Source: an uncultured delta proteobacterium (GTDB lineage: Bacteria > Myxococcota > Myxococcia > Myxococcales > Myxococcaceae). Taken from it: 64,000 nucleotides of DNA. The notes beneath the pieces were generated by a model, which was not told where the DNA came from, ran no database searches, and worked only from the letters and a program-made list of their open reading frames with translations. Within the stretch, counting starts at the first letter, position 1; each line of letters opens with the position of its first letter. Shown here one piece after another: positions 10,894 to 20,064 of the stretch. The stretch lies in contig CAWCKH010000004.1 of assembly GCA_963796055.1 (NCBI GenBank), positions 1,536,001 to 1,600,000 of the forward strand, written 5' to 3'. The position numbers and the translations under genes are program-made.

Positions 10894-12243
10894 GTGCCCG
10901 CTCCTCCAGGGGACCGCACGCTGTCCCGCGGCAGCAGTCGCCGGTCGTCCGCCCGCGCGGCGCAAGCCGTGTGGGCGTTGATCGTTCTCCACTCTCCTCG
11001 CCGCGAATGGCTGGGTCGCTCGGTCGCACTCGGACGACAGCTTCGGCTGGGCCGCGTGGGGGGCGAGGTGGATCTCCAGATCGACGATCCCAAGCTGTCG
11101 CGGGTGCATGCGTCGGTGTCCCGCGCCGGCCTGGTGTTCGAGATCCGTGATCTGGGCAGCCGGAACGGGACCTTCATCAACGGAGAGCGGGTGGAGAGGC
11201 GCAGCTTGACCGTCGGTGACGTGGTTCGGGTCGGTGACACGCTCCTGGAGGTCGGCACCGAGGAGCCAGAACGGGCCGTGGAGTCAGAGGACGAGTCGCT
11301 GGTCGCCCGCTCCTCCGCGCTTCTCGCCGCGGTGGAGGCCGCCGACCGCGTCGCCCCCTCCGACCTGCCGGTCCTGCTTCTGGGAGAGACCGGGACCGGG
11401 AAGGAGGTGTTCGCACGGCGCGTCCATGCGCGCAGCGGCCGCCGTGGCGTGTTCCTGGCGATCAACTGTGCGTCGCTCCCGCGGGAACTCGTCGAATCGA
11501 CCCTGTTCGGTCACCGGAAGGGCGCATTCACCGGCGCCACTGCGGATTCGGACGGCTTCTTCGCCCAGGCCCACGACGGGACGCTGTTCCTGGACGAGGT
11601 CGGCGAGCTCCCCGCGCACCAGCAGGCCAAGCTCCTGCGGGTTCTGGAGAACCACGAGTACCTGCCGGTGGGCAGCGCCCGGGTGGTCCAGAGCAACGCG
11701 CGCATCATCGCAGCCAGCAACGCCGACCTCGATGCCGAGATCGCTTCGGGTGGGTTCCGTGCGGATCTCTATGCCCGGCTTGCCGGATCCGTCATCCGGC
11801 TGCCGCCTCTGCGGTTGCGGCGGCGGGACATCCTCGCGCTGGCGGAGTTGTTCCTGTCCGAGCTCGCGCCAGGTGAGGACTTTCGGCTGTCGGCCAGCGC
11901 CGCGGAGAGACTCTTGCTTTACCGCTGGCCGCACAACGTCCGCGAGCTGCGCGGGGCGATGCAACGGCTGGCACTCCTGCAACCCGCAGGCGGGGACGTC
12001 TCGAGCCGAGCGATCGAGAGCGTCCTCGACTCTCACCCCCGTGCTGGTGGCGCGTCGGTGAGTCCCGACCAGCCGTCGATGCGCAGAGCCCGAGGCTGGA
12101 TGCCCGGACGTGAAGAGATCATCGCCCGTCTCGTCGCGCTCCACGGCAACGTCAACCGGCTGGCCGAGCAGTACGGAAAGGACCCCAAGCAGATCTACCG
12201 CTGGCTGAAGCGACACGACCTGGATCCCGCCAGCTTCCGCTGA
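10894..12243 (+). CDS. FHA-domain sigma54-dependent enhancer-binding protein
   Basis: FHA (LGR..SRVHA..DLGSRNGT), Walker A GETGTGKE, GAFTGA, Walker B LFLDEVG, WPHNVREL and a C-terminal HTH. Confidence 0.92.
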   Translation: MPAPPGDRTLSRGSSRRSSARAAQAVWALIVLHSPRREWLGRSVALGRQLRLGRVGGEVDLQIDDPKLSRVHASVSRAGLVFEIRDLGSRNGTFINGERVERRSLTVGDVVRVGDTLLEVGTEEPERAVESEDESLVARSSALLAAVEAADRVAPSDLPVLLLGETGTGKEVFARRVHARSGRRGVFLAINCASLPRELVESTLFGHRKGAFTGATADSDGFFAQAHDGTLFLDEVGELPAHQQAKLLRVLENHEYLPVGSARVVQSNARIIAASNADLDAEIASGGFRADLYARLAGSVIRLPPLRLRRRDILALAELFLSELAPGEDFRLSASAAERLLLYRWPHNVRELRGAMQRLALLQPAGGDVSSRAIESVLDSHPRAGGASVSPDQPSMRRARGWMPGREEIIARLVALHGNVNRLAEQYGKDPKQIYRWLKRHDLDPASFR

Positions 12244-12276
12244 CGCTGGAACCGGGGCATGGCGTATGCTCCGCGA

Positions 12277-14829
12277 ATGGGGGAGGTCGCCACCGGCAGC
12301 CGGGTCGGCCCGTACGAGGTCCTCGGCCCGCTCGGCAGTGGGGGCATGGGGGAGGTCTACCGGGCGCGGGACACGCGCCTCGGGCGCGAGGTGGCGCTCA
12401 AGGTCCTGCCCCGCGAGGTCCAGGAGGACGCCGCCTGCCTGCATCGGTTCCGGGACGAGGCCAGGACCGTCGGAACCCTGAATCACCCCAACATCGTGAC
12501 TCTCTACGAGGTTGGAGAGCACGCGGGCGCGCCGTACCTCGTCACCGAGCTGCTCGCGGGCCAGACCCTGCAGGCCCGGCTCGGACGAGGCGCGCTGCTG
12601 CCCGCGGACGCCGTGCGCATTGCCCGGGAGGTCGCCCTGGGGCTCGCGGCGGCGCACGGCAAGGGAATCGTCCATCGCGACCTCAAGCCAGGGAATCTGT
12701 TCCTCACCGAGGACGGGCGAGTGAAGCTTCTGGACTTCGGCATCGCCCAGCAGCTCGGTCCACGTCCCCCGGGCGCCGTGGATTCGACGGTGACCGCCTC
12801 CGGGACGGTCGTCGGGACCGTGGCCTACATGGCACCCGAGCAGATCCGGGGCGAGCGCGTCGACAGCCGCGCGGACATCTTCGGGCTCGGTCTGATCCTG
12901 TACGAGATGCTGGCGGGACATCGACCGTTCAGGGGCAGCGGTGAACTGGAGCTCGCCGCCGCCATCCTCCGCGACGAGCCGCCGGCGTTGCCCGACCCGG
13001 TTCTCGATGGGCTGGTACGCCGGTGCCTGGCGAAGGCGCCTGGGGACCGCTTTCAGTCGGCGCAGGACCTGGCCTACGCGCTGGAAACGCTCTCCGCGCG
13101 CTCGGTGGCTGGCCGGCCCCGGCGTCGCCGCCGACTCTTCGCGGCGACCGCTGCGGCCATTGCCCTCGGCGCGGCCGGGCTGGTTGCCGGTCTGCTGCTC
13201 GGACGTGAAGCGCTTCCCGCCGACCGCCAGGTGCCGCGCTTCACACGGCTGACGTTCACCGGGGACGTCGGCGCGGGGAGGTTCGCTCACGACCAGCAGA
13301 CGTTCCTCTTCACTCGCCGTCGCGGGGGAGCCCCCTCCATCGAGCTCGGCCGGATCGGAACGGATGATACCCGGCCCCTCATCGATTCAGCGGTCTTCCT
13401 GGATGTCTCTCCGACCGACGAGCTGCTCATCAAGAAGCGACCCGACTATCCTCACTCCCCGCTCGGTGCTCCTGGCACACTCTCCCGGGTGCCCCTCGCT
13501 GGCGGAAGCCCACGCGAGATCGCCAACGACGTGACCTGGGCCTCCTGGACGCCGGACGGCAAGGAGGTCGCGGCCATCCGGAGCCCCCCGGGGAGTGTCG
13601 TTCTCGAGTACCCGCTGGGGACCGCCCTCTACAGCTCGCTCTACCTCGCGCAGACCCTGCTCTCGATCGCGCCGGGCGGCGATCGAATCGCTCTCGTCGA
13701 GCGCGAGTCCCTGGATCACAGCCGCGCCAGCCTCGCCGTCCTGGACCTCCGCGGCACGAAGAGAACGCTCACCCATGTGTTCGACGCGATGGGTGGGGTG
13801 GGTTGGGCACCGGATGGTGAGCGCATCTACTTCAGCGCGGCGGAGAAAGGATCGAGGCTCGGCATCTGGGAGGTCACCCTCACGGGCCGTGAGAGCCCGC
13901 TGGTGGTGACCTTCGACGGGATGATGCTGAACGACGTCGCCCGCGACGGTCGCCTCCTAGTCAATCGACTCACCAGCACGCAACGCATCGCCGTGCACCG
14001 GCGAACGGAGGATCTCAATCGCGACCTGAGTGGCCTGGCCCGGGCAAGCCTGACCGACATCTCCGAGGACGGTGAGTGGGTCGCCATCGAGAACAGCAAT
14101 CCAAGCCCCGGACCCGAGTACAAGATCTACCTCAGGCGCACCGATGGAACGGCCCCGGTTCTCCTCGGGGAAGGGACCTGTCCTCGACTGTCGCCGGACG
14201 GAAAACACGTCGTGGCCGGGTCCATCGTGTCCCCGGAGCGGATCCGGATCATTCCCACCGGCGCAGGGAGAACCCGGGAGCTGGCGGTCCATGGTCTCAA
14301 GGAGCGGCGGGAACCCATGTGGATGCCGGACGGACGAAGCATCGTCTATTCGGGGCTCGACGCTCGCGGTATCCGCCGCCTGCACGTCCAGGACCTCGAG
14401 GGTGGACCACCACGGGCCTTCGGCCCGGAGGGAACCACGCTGGAGCGATATCCTGGAAGCGTCGTCTCGCCCGACGGGCGGTGGATCGCAGCCCGAGACA
14501 GCAATGAGGCCTGGATTCTCGTGGCGATCGACAGCGGTCAGGCCCGTCCCATCCCGAACGTGCGAGACAGCGACACCATCCGGCAATGGACGGCCGATGG
14601 ACGTGCCCTCTACGTCCTCGCGGGGCGCGTCGACCCGACACCGATCGACAAGCTGAACCTGGCGACCGGCGAAAGGACTCGGCTGGTCGAGCTCCGGGGT
14701 CACGCCCTCGGCTTGAATCGAGGGATCGACAACGTCTTTCTGACCCGGGGTGGAACTTCCTGGGCGTACTCCGCCACCGAGCTGAGGGCGGATCTCTACG
14801 TGGTGGAGCTGTCGCCACCTCGGCCTTGA
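12277..14829 (+). CDS. Membrane Ser/Thr protein kinase with C-terminal TolB/WD40-like beta-propeller repeats
   Basis: GSGGMGEVY, VALKVL, HRDLKPGN, DFGIA and GTVAYMAPE; one TM; repeated WTPDG/WAPDG/LSPDG/WMPDG/VSPDG blades. Start at ATG 12277 (alternative 12259). Confidence 0.9.
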   Translation: MGEVATGSRVGPYEVLGPLGSGGMGEVYRARDTRLGREVALKVLPREVQEDAACLHRFRDEARTVGTLNHPNIVTLYEVGEHAGAPYLVTELLAGQTLQARLGRGALLPADAVRIAREVALGLAAAHGKGIVHRDLKPGNLFLTEDGRVKLLDFGIAQQLGPRPPGAVDSTVTASGTVVGTVAYMAPEQIRGERVDSRADIFGLGLILYEMLAGHRPFRGSGELELAAAILRDEPPALPDPVLDGLVRRCLAKAPGDRFQSAQDLAYALETLSARSVAGRPRRRRRLFAATAAAIALGAAGLVAGLLLGREALPADRQVPRFTRLTFTGDVGAGRFAHDQQTFLFTRRRGGAPSIELGRIGTDDTRPLIDSAVFLDVSPTDELLIKKRPDYPHSPLGAPGTLSRVPLAGGSPREIANDVTWASWTPDGKEVAAIRSPPGSVVLEYPLGTALYSSLYLAQTLLSIAPGGDRIALVERESLDHSRASLAVLDLRGTKRTLTHVFDAMGGVGWAPDGERIYFSAAEKGSRLGIWEVTLTGRESPLVVTFDGMMLNDVARDGRLLVNRLTSTQRIAVHRRTEDLNRDLSGLARASLTDISEDGEWVAIENSNPSPGPEYKIYLRRTDGTAPVLLGEGTCPRLSPDGKHVVAGSIVSPERIRIIPTGAGRTRELAVHGLKERREPMWMPDGRSIVYSGLDARGIRRLHVQDLEGGPPRAFGPEGTTLERYPGSVVSPDGRWIAARDSNEAWILVAIDSGQARPIPNVRDSDTIRQWTADGRALYVLAGRVDPTPIDKLNLATGERTRLVELRGHALGLNRGIDNVFLTRGGTSWAYSATELRADLYVVELSPPRP

Positions 14830-14843
14830 CCGGGGTCGGGGCG

Positions 14844-15355
14844 TCACCTCCCGGGAGCCTTTCCCACCTGGCGGAAGGCCTCCCGGACCAGTGTGCCCCA
14901 GAAGCCGGGGATCTCCTTCGCCCCGTCCTCGATGCGCTTGGCGTGCGCGACGTCGCGCTCGAAGGCGGCGGCGAGTTCGGCGGCGGCCTGCACGTCCTCT
15001 ACCGCCAGCGAGCCCTCCTCGAGCAGGTTCAGCGGGAGCGGGTCGAGGTTCATCGAGCCCAGATGGTCAGCCGGTCGTCCACGAGCGTGGTCTTGGAATG
15101 CATCATCGAGGGCTGGTACTCCCAGATCTTGACCCCCACGGCGAGCAGGCGTCGGTAGAGCGAGCGCTGCCCGTCGCGCATCGCTGGCTGGTCGTGCACC
15201 GGCCCCTGCAGCAGCAGCGGGACGTCCACGCCCCCGCGGGCACGTGACTCGAGCTGGGCGAGGATGTCGCCGCTGGGGGTGAAGTAGGCGTTGGAGAGGC
15301 CTTCCCCGGTCGCCAGATGTAGAGCACCACGTCGACGCTGGTCCGGGCACGGCGC
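14844..15355 (-). pseudogene. Degraded cardiolipin synthase / phospholipase D gene
   Basis: Three frames: RARTSVDVVLYIWRPGKAS / NAYFTPS...GVDV...GVKIWEYQPSMMHSKTTLVDD (HxKxxxxD) / GSMNLDPLPLNLLEE...GKAPGR*. Frameshifts near 15297 and 15060; first HKD motif and N-terminus absent. Confidence 0.8.
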
Positions 15356-15378
15356 GCGCGCGCATCGGGTCGGTCTGG

Positions 15379-15885
15379 TCAGCGCAGGGAGAGGAGCTTG
15401 GCCAGCTCCGCCAGCTGTCCGAGCAAGGCGCGCAGCGCCTCCGGGTTCGTCAGCAGTCCAGGCGTCTCGACGCGCGCGGTGTGTCCGGAGACGTGCACTC
15501 CGCCCTGAAGCAGCCCCGGGAGCAGCTCACGTCTGCGGTGCGCGTCCAGCCACCGATCGAGCACGTCGGACTGGCGCGCGGCGGCCTGGAGGCCGCCCTG
15601 ACGCGCAAGCCCCAGCTGGAGGTCCTCGGGAACGACGCCCTCATACCGGGCGGACAGCTGCGTCCTCGGGGGGCCAAGCCCGAGAAGCATCCGGCGCGCG
15701 GTGATCTCCAACCGCAGCAGACGGTATTTCCCACGGATGCTTCCGCTGCCGGCGTCGAAGCCGAGCATGAAATCCCTGGCGAGCACGTCCCAGGCGAGCG
15801 CCCGACGGGCGTCGTCGCGCCGCGCACGCAGCACGAGAAGGGCCGCTGTGATCACCAGGACCCCGAGGACGAGCCACCAGCGCAC
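15379..15885 (-). CDS. Hypothetical membrane-anchored protein
   Basis: 168-aa ORF with an N-terminal hydrophobic helix (MRWWLVLGVLVITAALLVLR) and GGAG upstream. Confidence 0.6.
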   Translation of the reverse strand: MRWWLVLGVLVITAALLVLRARRDDARRALAWDVLARDFMLGFDAGSGSIRGKYRLLRLEITARRMLLGLGPPRTQLSARYEGVVPEDLQLGLARQGGLQAAARQSDVLDRWLDAHRRRELLPGLLQGGVHVSGHTARVETPGLLTNPEALRALLGQLAELAKLLSLR

Positions 15886-15921
15886 GCCCGGGCTCCACCA
15901 TTCCTCCCGCCGTTCTCTGCC

Positions 15922-16098
15922 TCAGACCTGCTTGATCAGCTTCTGCAGCATCTCCGGGGGCGGAGGGTTCTTCACCATCTCCGGATGGGACGCGGCCATG
16001 TGAAGCTTGACGTGGTCGAGCAGCTCCTTCTGCGTCTCGGTCACGAACTTCCCCGGGCACTTGGCCCCACTGTCGGCGCAGGAAAGTGAATAGGCCAT
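15922..16098 (-). CDS. Small DUF1059-like metal-binding protein (58 aa)
   Basis: MAYSLSCADSGAKCPGKFVTETQKELLDHVKLHMAASHPEM...: C-x6-C plus HxxxHxxxxH, strong AGAGGAG SD. Below the ORF-track cutoff. Confidence 0.75.
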   Translation of the reverse strand: MAYSLSCADSGAKCPGKFVTETQKELLDHVKLHMAASHPEMVKNPPPPEMLQKLIKQV

Positions 16099-16476
16099 GG
16101 CATCTCCTCTTCCGCGGTTGGACCCGCACCGGCGGCGTATACGCCTCTCAGCAGGCGACCAGAAGCCCGGCGGCGGCGGGAGTCACCCAGACCCGCGGCG
16201 TCGCGGCGCGGAAGACGTCCGCCACCTTCGTAACGGGGCCCGTCGGTGATGGGTGCTGGCTCGGAACGTCGCACCGATGTTCGTGCAACATGCAATCCAC
16301 TCGGTCGCCCCGGTGTGCAGCCTGCATGCGGCGCGGAGGCAAGTACCTGACGGGACTGGCAGAACCGCTGGTACGTCCGATGCTCTCCCAGCTGCCGCGG
16401 GCGGAAGGGCCGGAAGCGCCCTCGCATCGCGCGTCGTCCGTTGCCTTCGCGGGGGACCATGGCGCAGGCCGTGCTC

Positions 16477-18516
16477 TCAGGGAACGAGCTTCAGGTAGTT
16501 CTCGTAGCGGGTCTGGATCTCCGAGACGTACCGGACCGGCTCCGTCCCCCGCACGTACCCGTGCCGTGCGTGCGCGTAGTACGCCGGCTGCTGGAGGAGG
16601 AGCATCGCCCGCTCCACATTCTTGAACCACTTGTCGGGGTCGAGCGCCTTCGCTCGGGCGAGCTGCCGCGCGTCGGCCAGGTGCCCCCAGCCTGCGTTGT
16701 ACGCGGCGAGGGCGAACCGCATCCGCTGCTGCACCGGGAGCGTCGTCTCCAGCCGGTCCGCCAGCCGCGCCAGGTGCTTGATGCCGGCGTGCGCGCCCTC
16801 CTCCGTCTCACCCGGCCGCTGGAAGCCCAGCTCCTTCGCCGTCCGGGGCAGCACCTGGAAGAGGCCGATGGCGCCGGCCAGGCTCTTGGCCTGCGGGTCG
16901 AACCGGCTCTCCTGGTAGGCCTGCGCAGCGAGCAGCCGCCAGTCGAAACCGTACTGCTGCGCGTACTTGCGGAAGAGCGGGTCGAAGCTCGAGAGCCCCT
17001 GCAGCGTGCCGGCGTCCTGGGCCCGGACCTCGGTGGCTATGCGCCCGTCCTCGAAGTAGCGCCGCCACGACATGTTGTACTCCAGCCCCTTGTAGGTCTG
17101 ATGCACGAAGCGGTCGAGCGCGGCCTTCAGCTGGTGATCGCCAGGGCGCACCGCGAAGGCCAGCTGCTTCTTCTCCCCGGGCTCGAGCGGGAACGCCGCC
17201 ACCACGTCGGTCCGCCACACCCGCTCCGCCTGGTAGATGTGCGAGTCGGCCACCGTGAGGTCTACCTCGCCCGTGGCCACCCCGGCGATGAGCTGCTCGG
17301 TCTCCTCGTCGGACCGGGCCAGCTCGACGGTGAAGCCGGCGCCCTTCGCCCGGAGCCGCTCCAGGGTCGTCAGGTAGCTCGAGCCCGGCCGGACGCGAAT
17401 TCGCCGCCCGCGCAGGTCGGCCACCGACTTCAAGAGAGGCTCGGAGGCCCGCTGGACCAGGAGCTCCTCGATCTCGAGGTAGGGCGCGCTGAAGGCCACC
17501 TGCTTCCCGCGCTCGGGTGTCACTGTGTACGAGGCAGCGATCACGTCGCCCTTGCCCTGAAGCAGCCAGGGCACGAGGTCGGCGTGGGACGGCGGCACCA
17601 CCATCTGCAGTCGCACGTCCAGCCCTTCTGCGAAGCGCTTCATGAGGTCGTGGTCGAACCCCGCCGCCTCCCCCCGGAGGAGGAAGTAGCTGACCGCGTT
17701 GTTCCGGGTCAGCACCCGGAGCACGCGATGCTTCTTGACGTCGGTCAGGTCGTTGGACCAGGTCCGTCCGGCGTGCGCCACCAGCGCCCGTTCCTGGATG
17801 AAGAGGTCCAGCGCCGCCTTCAGCTGCTTTGCCTCCGGATGCACCGCCCAGGCGATGGAGCGCTTCCGGGCGATGGGAAAGAGCGCCACCGTGTTCGCGT
17901 TCCAGGCGCGCTCGGCATCCCAGACGTTGCTGTCCACCACCGCCAGCTCGCGCTCGCCGCGGTTGACCTCGCCGATGAGCTCCGACTGCTGCACGGCGCC
18001 CAGCACCTGCTCCAGCCGGAGCCCGGGCACCTCCAGCTTCGCCAGGCTGGCCTCGAACACCGAGCCGGTGGGGATGCTCACCGTTCGTCTCGCGAGGTCG
18101 GCCGGCGCCCGGGGCGGGTTCTTCATGCCCTTCGGTCCGATCAGCACCTCGTCGACGATGGCGATCGGGTCGGTGAAGGTCACCCGCGCCGCACGCTCGG
18201 GGGTGACGGTGAGGCCGGTGGCAGCGACGTCACCCCGCCCGGCGAGCAGCTCCTCGAGCACGTCGTACCGACGCTCGACCCAGACGATCTCCAGCTTCAG
18301 GCCCTGCCGCCGGGCGAAGTCCTCCGCCAGCTCGCGGTCCAGCGCGGAGGGCGTGCCATCGCGGGAGATGGGCGGCTCGTCCTCGTCGCCCACCACCAGG
18401 ATTCGAAGGTTCCCGCGGGCCCGGATGTCCGGGAGGTCCAGAACGGTCGCCGCCACCCCGGGCAGCGGGAGGAGCACGGCGGAGAGCAGTCCTGCGGCCC
18501 GTCGGACCCAACCCAT
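16477..18516 (-). CDS. MltF-like lytic transglycosylase with two solute-binding (family 3) domains plus SLT domain
   Basis: Signal peptide, two repeats of L.DI...G.LR.L...G.GDV.A...TVTPER, then AYQESRFDP (catalytic Glu), GAIGLFQVLP and LAAYNAGWGH. Confidence 0.85.
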   Translation of the reverse strand: MGWVRRAAGLLSAVLLPLPGVAATVLDLPDIRARGNLRILVVGDEDEPPISRDGTPSALDRELAEDFARRQGLKLEIVWVERRYDVLEELLAGRGDVAATGLTVTPERAARVTFTDPIAIVDEVLIGPKGMKNPPRAPADLARRTVSIPTGSVFEASLAKLEVPGLRLEQVLGAVQQSELIGEVNRGERELAVVDSNVWDAERAWNANTVALFPIARKRSIAWAVHPEAKQLKAALDLFIQERALVAHAGRTWSNDLTDVKKHRVLRVLTRNNAVSYFLLRGEAAGFDHDLMKRFAEGLDVRLQMVVPPSHADLVPWLLQGKGDVIAASYTVTPERGKQVAFSAPYLEIEELLVQRASEPLLKSVADLRGRRIRVRPGSSYLTTLERLRAKGAGFTVELARSDEETEQLIAGVATGEVDLTVADSHIYQAERVWRTDVVAAFPLEPGEKKQLAFAVRPGDHQLKAALDRFVHQTYKGLEYNMSWRRYFEDGRIATEVRAQDAGTLQGLSSFDPLFRKYAQQYGFDWRLLAAQAYQESRFDPQAKSLAGAIGLFQVLPRTAKELGFQRPGETEEGAHAGIKHLARLADRLETTLPVQQRMRFALAAYNAGWGHLADARQLARAKALDPDKWFKNVERAMLLLQQPAYYAHARHGYVRGTEPVRYVSEIQTRYENYLKLVP

Positions 18517-18623
18517 GCGGGCCGGAGAGGCTAGCTGCCGAGGAGGCCGGTGGCGACGAGAACCGGACGCCCGGACCGTACGGCCTGGAGCGTCATCGGC
18601 GGTCCGGCGTCGTCACCCCACGG

Positions 18624-19244
18624 TCACCTGGTCTTCGGCGGCGCGCCGCCGAAGAGCAGGCCCACCCCGAACGAGAAGTACTGCTGGGCCGGAATCCCGT
18701 GCCGCTCCCAGAAGTACTGCCAGCGCCCGTCGAAGAAGAGCGCCGTGCCGCTCCTGTTCATTCCGAAGGCGATGCCGATGTGCGGCTGGACGCCCCACTG
18801 CCAGTCGGAGAGGGAGTACTCGTTCAGCCCCAGGTCGATGACCCGCTCGAAGTAGGCCGCGCCGCCGTTCACCCCCGCCCAGACGCGGCTGCCGTGCCCG
18901 AGCGGAACGTGGAAGGCGAACCCCGCCATCAGGGGGATGACGTTCAGGTAGCGGAACTGCTTGCCCGAGACGTCCTGGCCATCGGTGGTGGTGAGCACGC
19001 CCTGCTTCGCGGCGTTGAAGCTGTTCAGGCCCGCCGAGAGCTCGAGGTGGAAGGCATACGACAGCTCGAAGGAAGCATCGAAGTGGGCGCCGCGGCTGCT
19101 GAACCGGTCGATGTATTCCTTGGTCTCGCCGCGGGGTACGGCGAACTCGTACGACAGACGGACGTGGCTCTGGGCCAGCGCGGCGGAGGAGCCCAGGAGG
19201 GCGACGGCGAGAAGAAGTCGAGTGGGGCGCATGGCAGAGCTCAC
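18624..19244 (-). CDS. Outer-membrane beta-barrel protein (small, OmpA/OmpW-like)
   Basis: Signal peptide ending AALA-Q, amphipathic aromatic-rich beta strands, ends YFSFGVGLLF; GTGA coupling with the upstream gene. Confidence 0.7.
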   Translation of the reverse strand: MSSAMRPTRLLLAVALLGSSAALAQSHVRLSYEFAVPRGETKEYIDRFSSRGAHFDASFELSYAFHLELSAGLNSFNAAKQGVLTTTDGQDVSGKQFRYLNVIPLMAGFAFHVPLGHGSRVWAGVNGGAAYFERVIDLGLNEYSLSDWQWGVQPHIGIAFGMNRSGTALFFDGRWQYFWERHGIPAQQYFSFGVGLLFGGAPPKTR

Positions 19245-19861
19245 AGGTACGGAGACTGGGCGAAGGCCTGGTCGATGCCCTTCTCGATGCGCTGCACGAG
19301 CGACTCCTTGCTGCCGCCCAGCACACCGTCCACGGACGCGGTCCAGATCGCCGTCAGCTGCCTGGTGGAAGCATTGGCCGTCCGCCGGTCCAGCATCTCG
19401 ATGCGGAGCGAGCCGGCGTCGATGACCGTCGCGTACGCCGCGTCGTAGGGGTAGTACACCCCCCAGGTCCCATCGTAGCCGGCGAACCCGCCCCAGCCCG
19501 GCCAGACGTCATAGAACGGGTAGGAGACGTACTCGACGTAGCGGGTGGCGGTGAAGGTGACCAGCACGTCCACGTCGGGAGTCGTCGTGGCCGGGTCCAC
19601 CCGCTGCAGGCCGAGGGCGTCCAGGTTCGCGGCGACGCGGTCGAGGATGCGCGTGTCGTACGCGTGGTCGATGGGCAGCGATTCGCCACCCGGTGACGAG
19701 ACCTCCTGGATCGAGTCCGGGAGCGCGTACGTGCGGAGGGTCGAGAAGCTGGCCGACGAGTCGTGCTGGGTGGTGACCGAGTCGAGGTCCTCCACCGTCT
19801 CCGCGCCCCCGGGGTAACAGGCCGCCAGCATTAGCACTGCGGCCCACGCCACCTGCCTCAT
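19241..19861 (-). CDS. DUF4136-like lipoprotein
   Basis: Lipobox LAAC, FSTLRTYALPDS, YP..WPGWGG, GSLRIEMLD and IDQAFAQSPYL; GGAGG SD. Confidence 0.8.
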   Translation of the reverse strand: MRQVAWAAVLMLAACYPGGAETVEDLDSVTTQHDSSASFSTLRTYALPDSIQEVSSPGGESLPIDHAYDTRILDRVAANLDALGLQRVDPATTTPDVDVLVTFTATRYVEYVSYPFYDVWPGWGGFAGYDGTWGVYYPYDAAYATVIDAGSLRIEMLDRRTANASTRQLTAIWTASVDGVLGGSKESLVQRIEKGIDQAFAQSPYL

Positions 19862-19904
19862 GGCCCCGTCCTCCCTCTTCCCCCTCGTTCCACAGCCCCA
19901 GATC

Positions 19905-19920
19905 TGCACACTTGCGGCCG
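19905..19920 (-). promoter_or_regulatory. Weak sigma54-like promoter upstream of the DUF4136 gene
   Basis: Minus strand CGGCCGCAAGTGTGCA with GG-N10-GC spacing; poorer match to consensus than the other two candidates. Confidence 0.3.
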
Positions 19921-20064
19921 CACAGTCCACCGGACAGCCATGGACCCGATGGCCTACGGACGCACCGTCGAATGGTCTGGACGGGCCGACCAGGGCGGGA
20001 ATTCATTCCGGCCTCCGGCGACTTGCCGGCCCGGGCCGATGCCTGGCATGAGGGCCGCTCTCCA

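Noticed and set aside
20044..20058. TGGCAT-N6-CCGC sigma54-like site before uppP
   Set aside because: The predicted +1 would fall downstream of the ATG at 20065.
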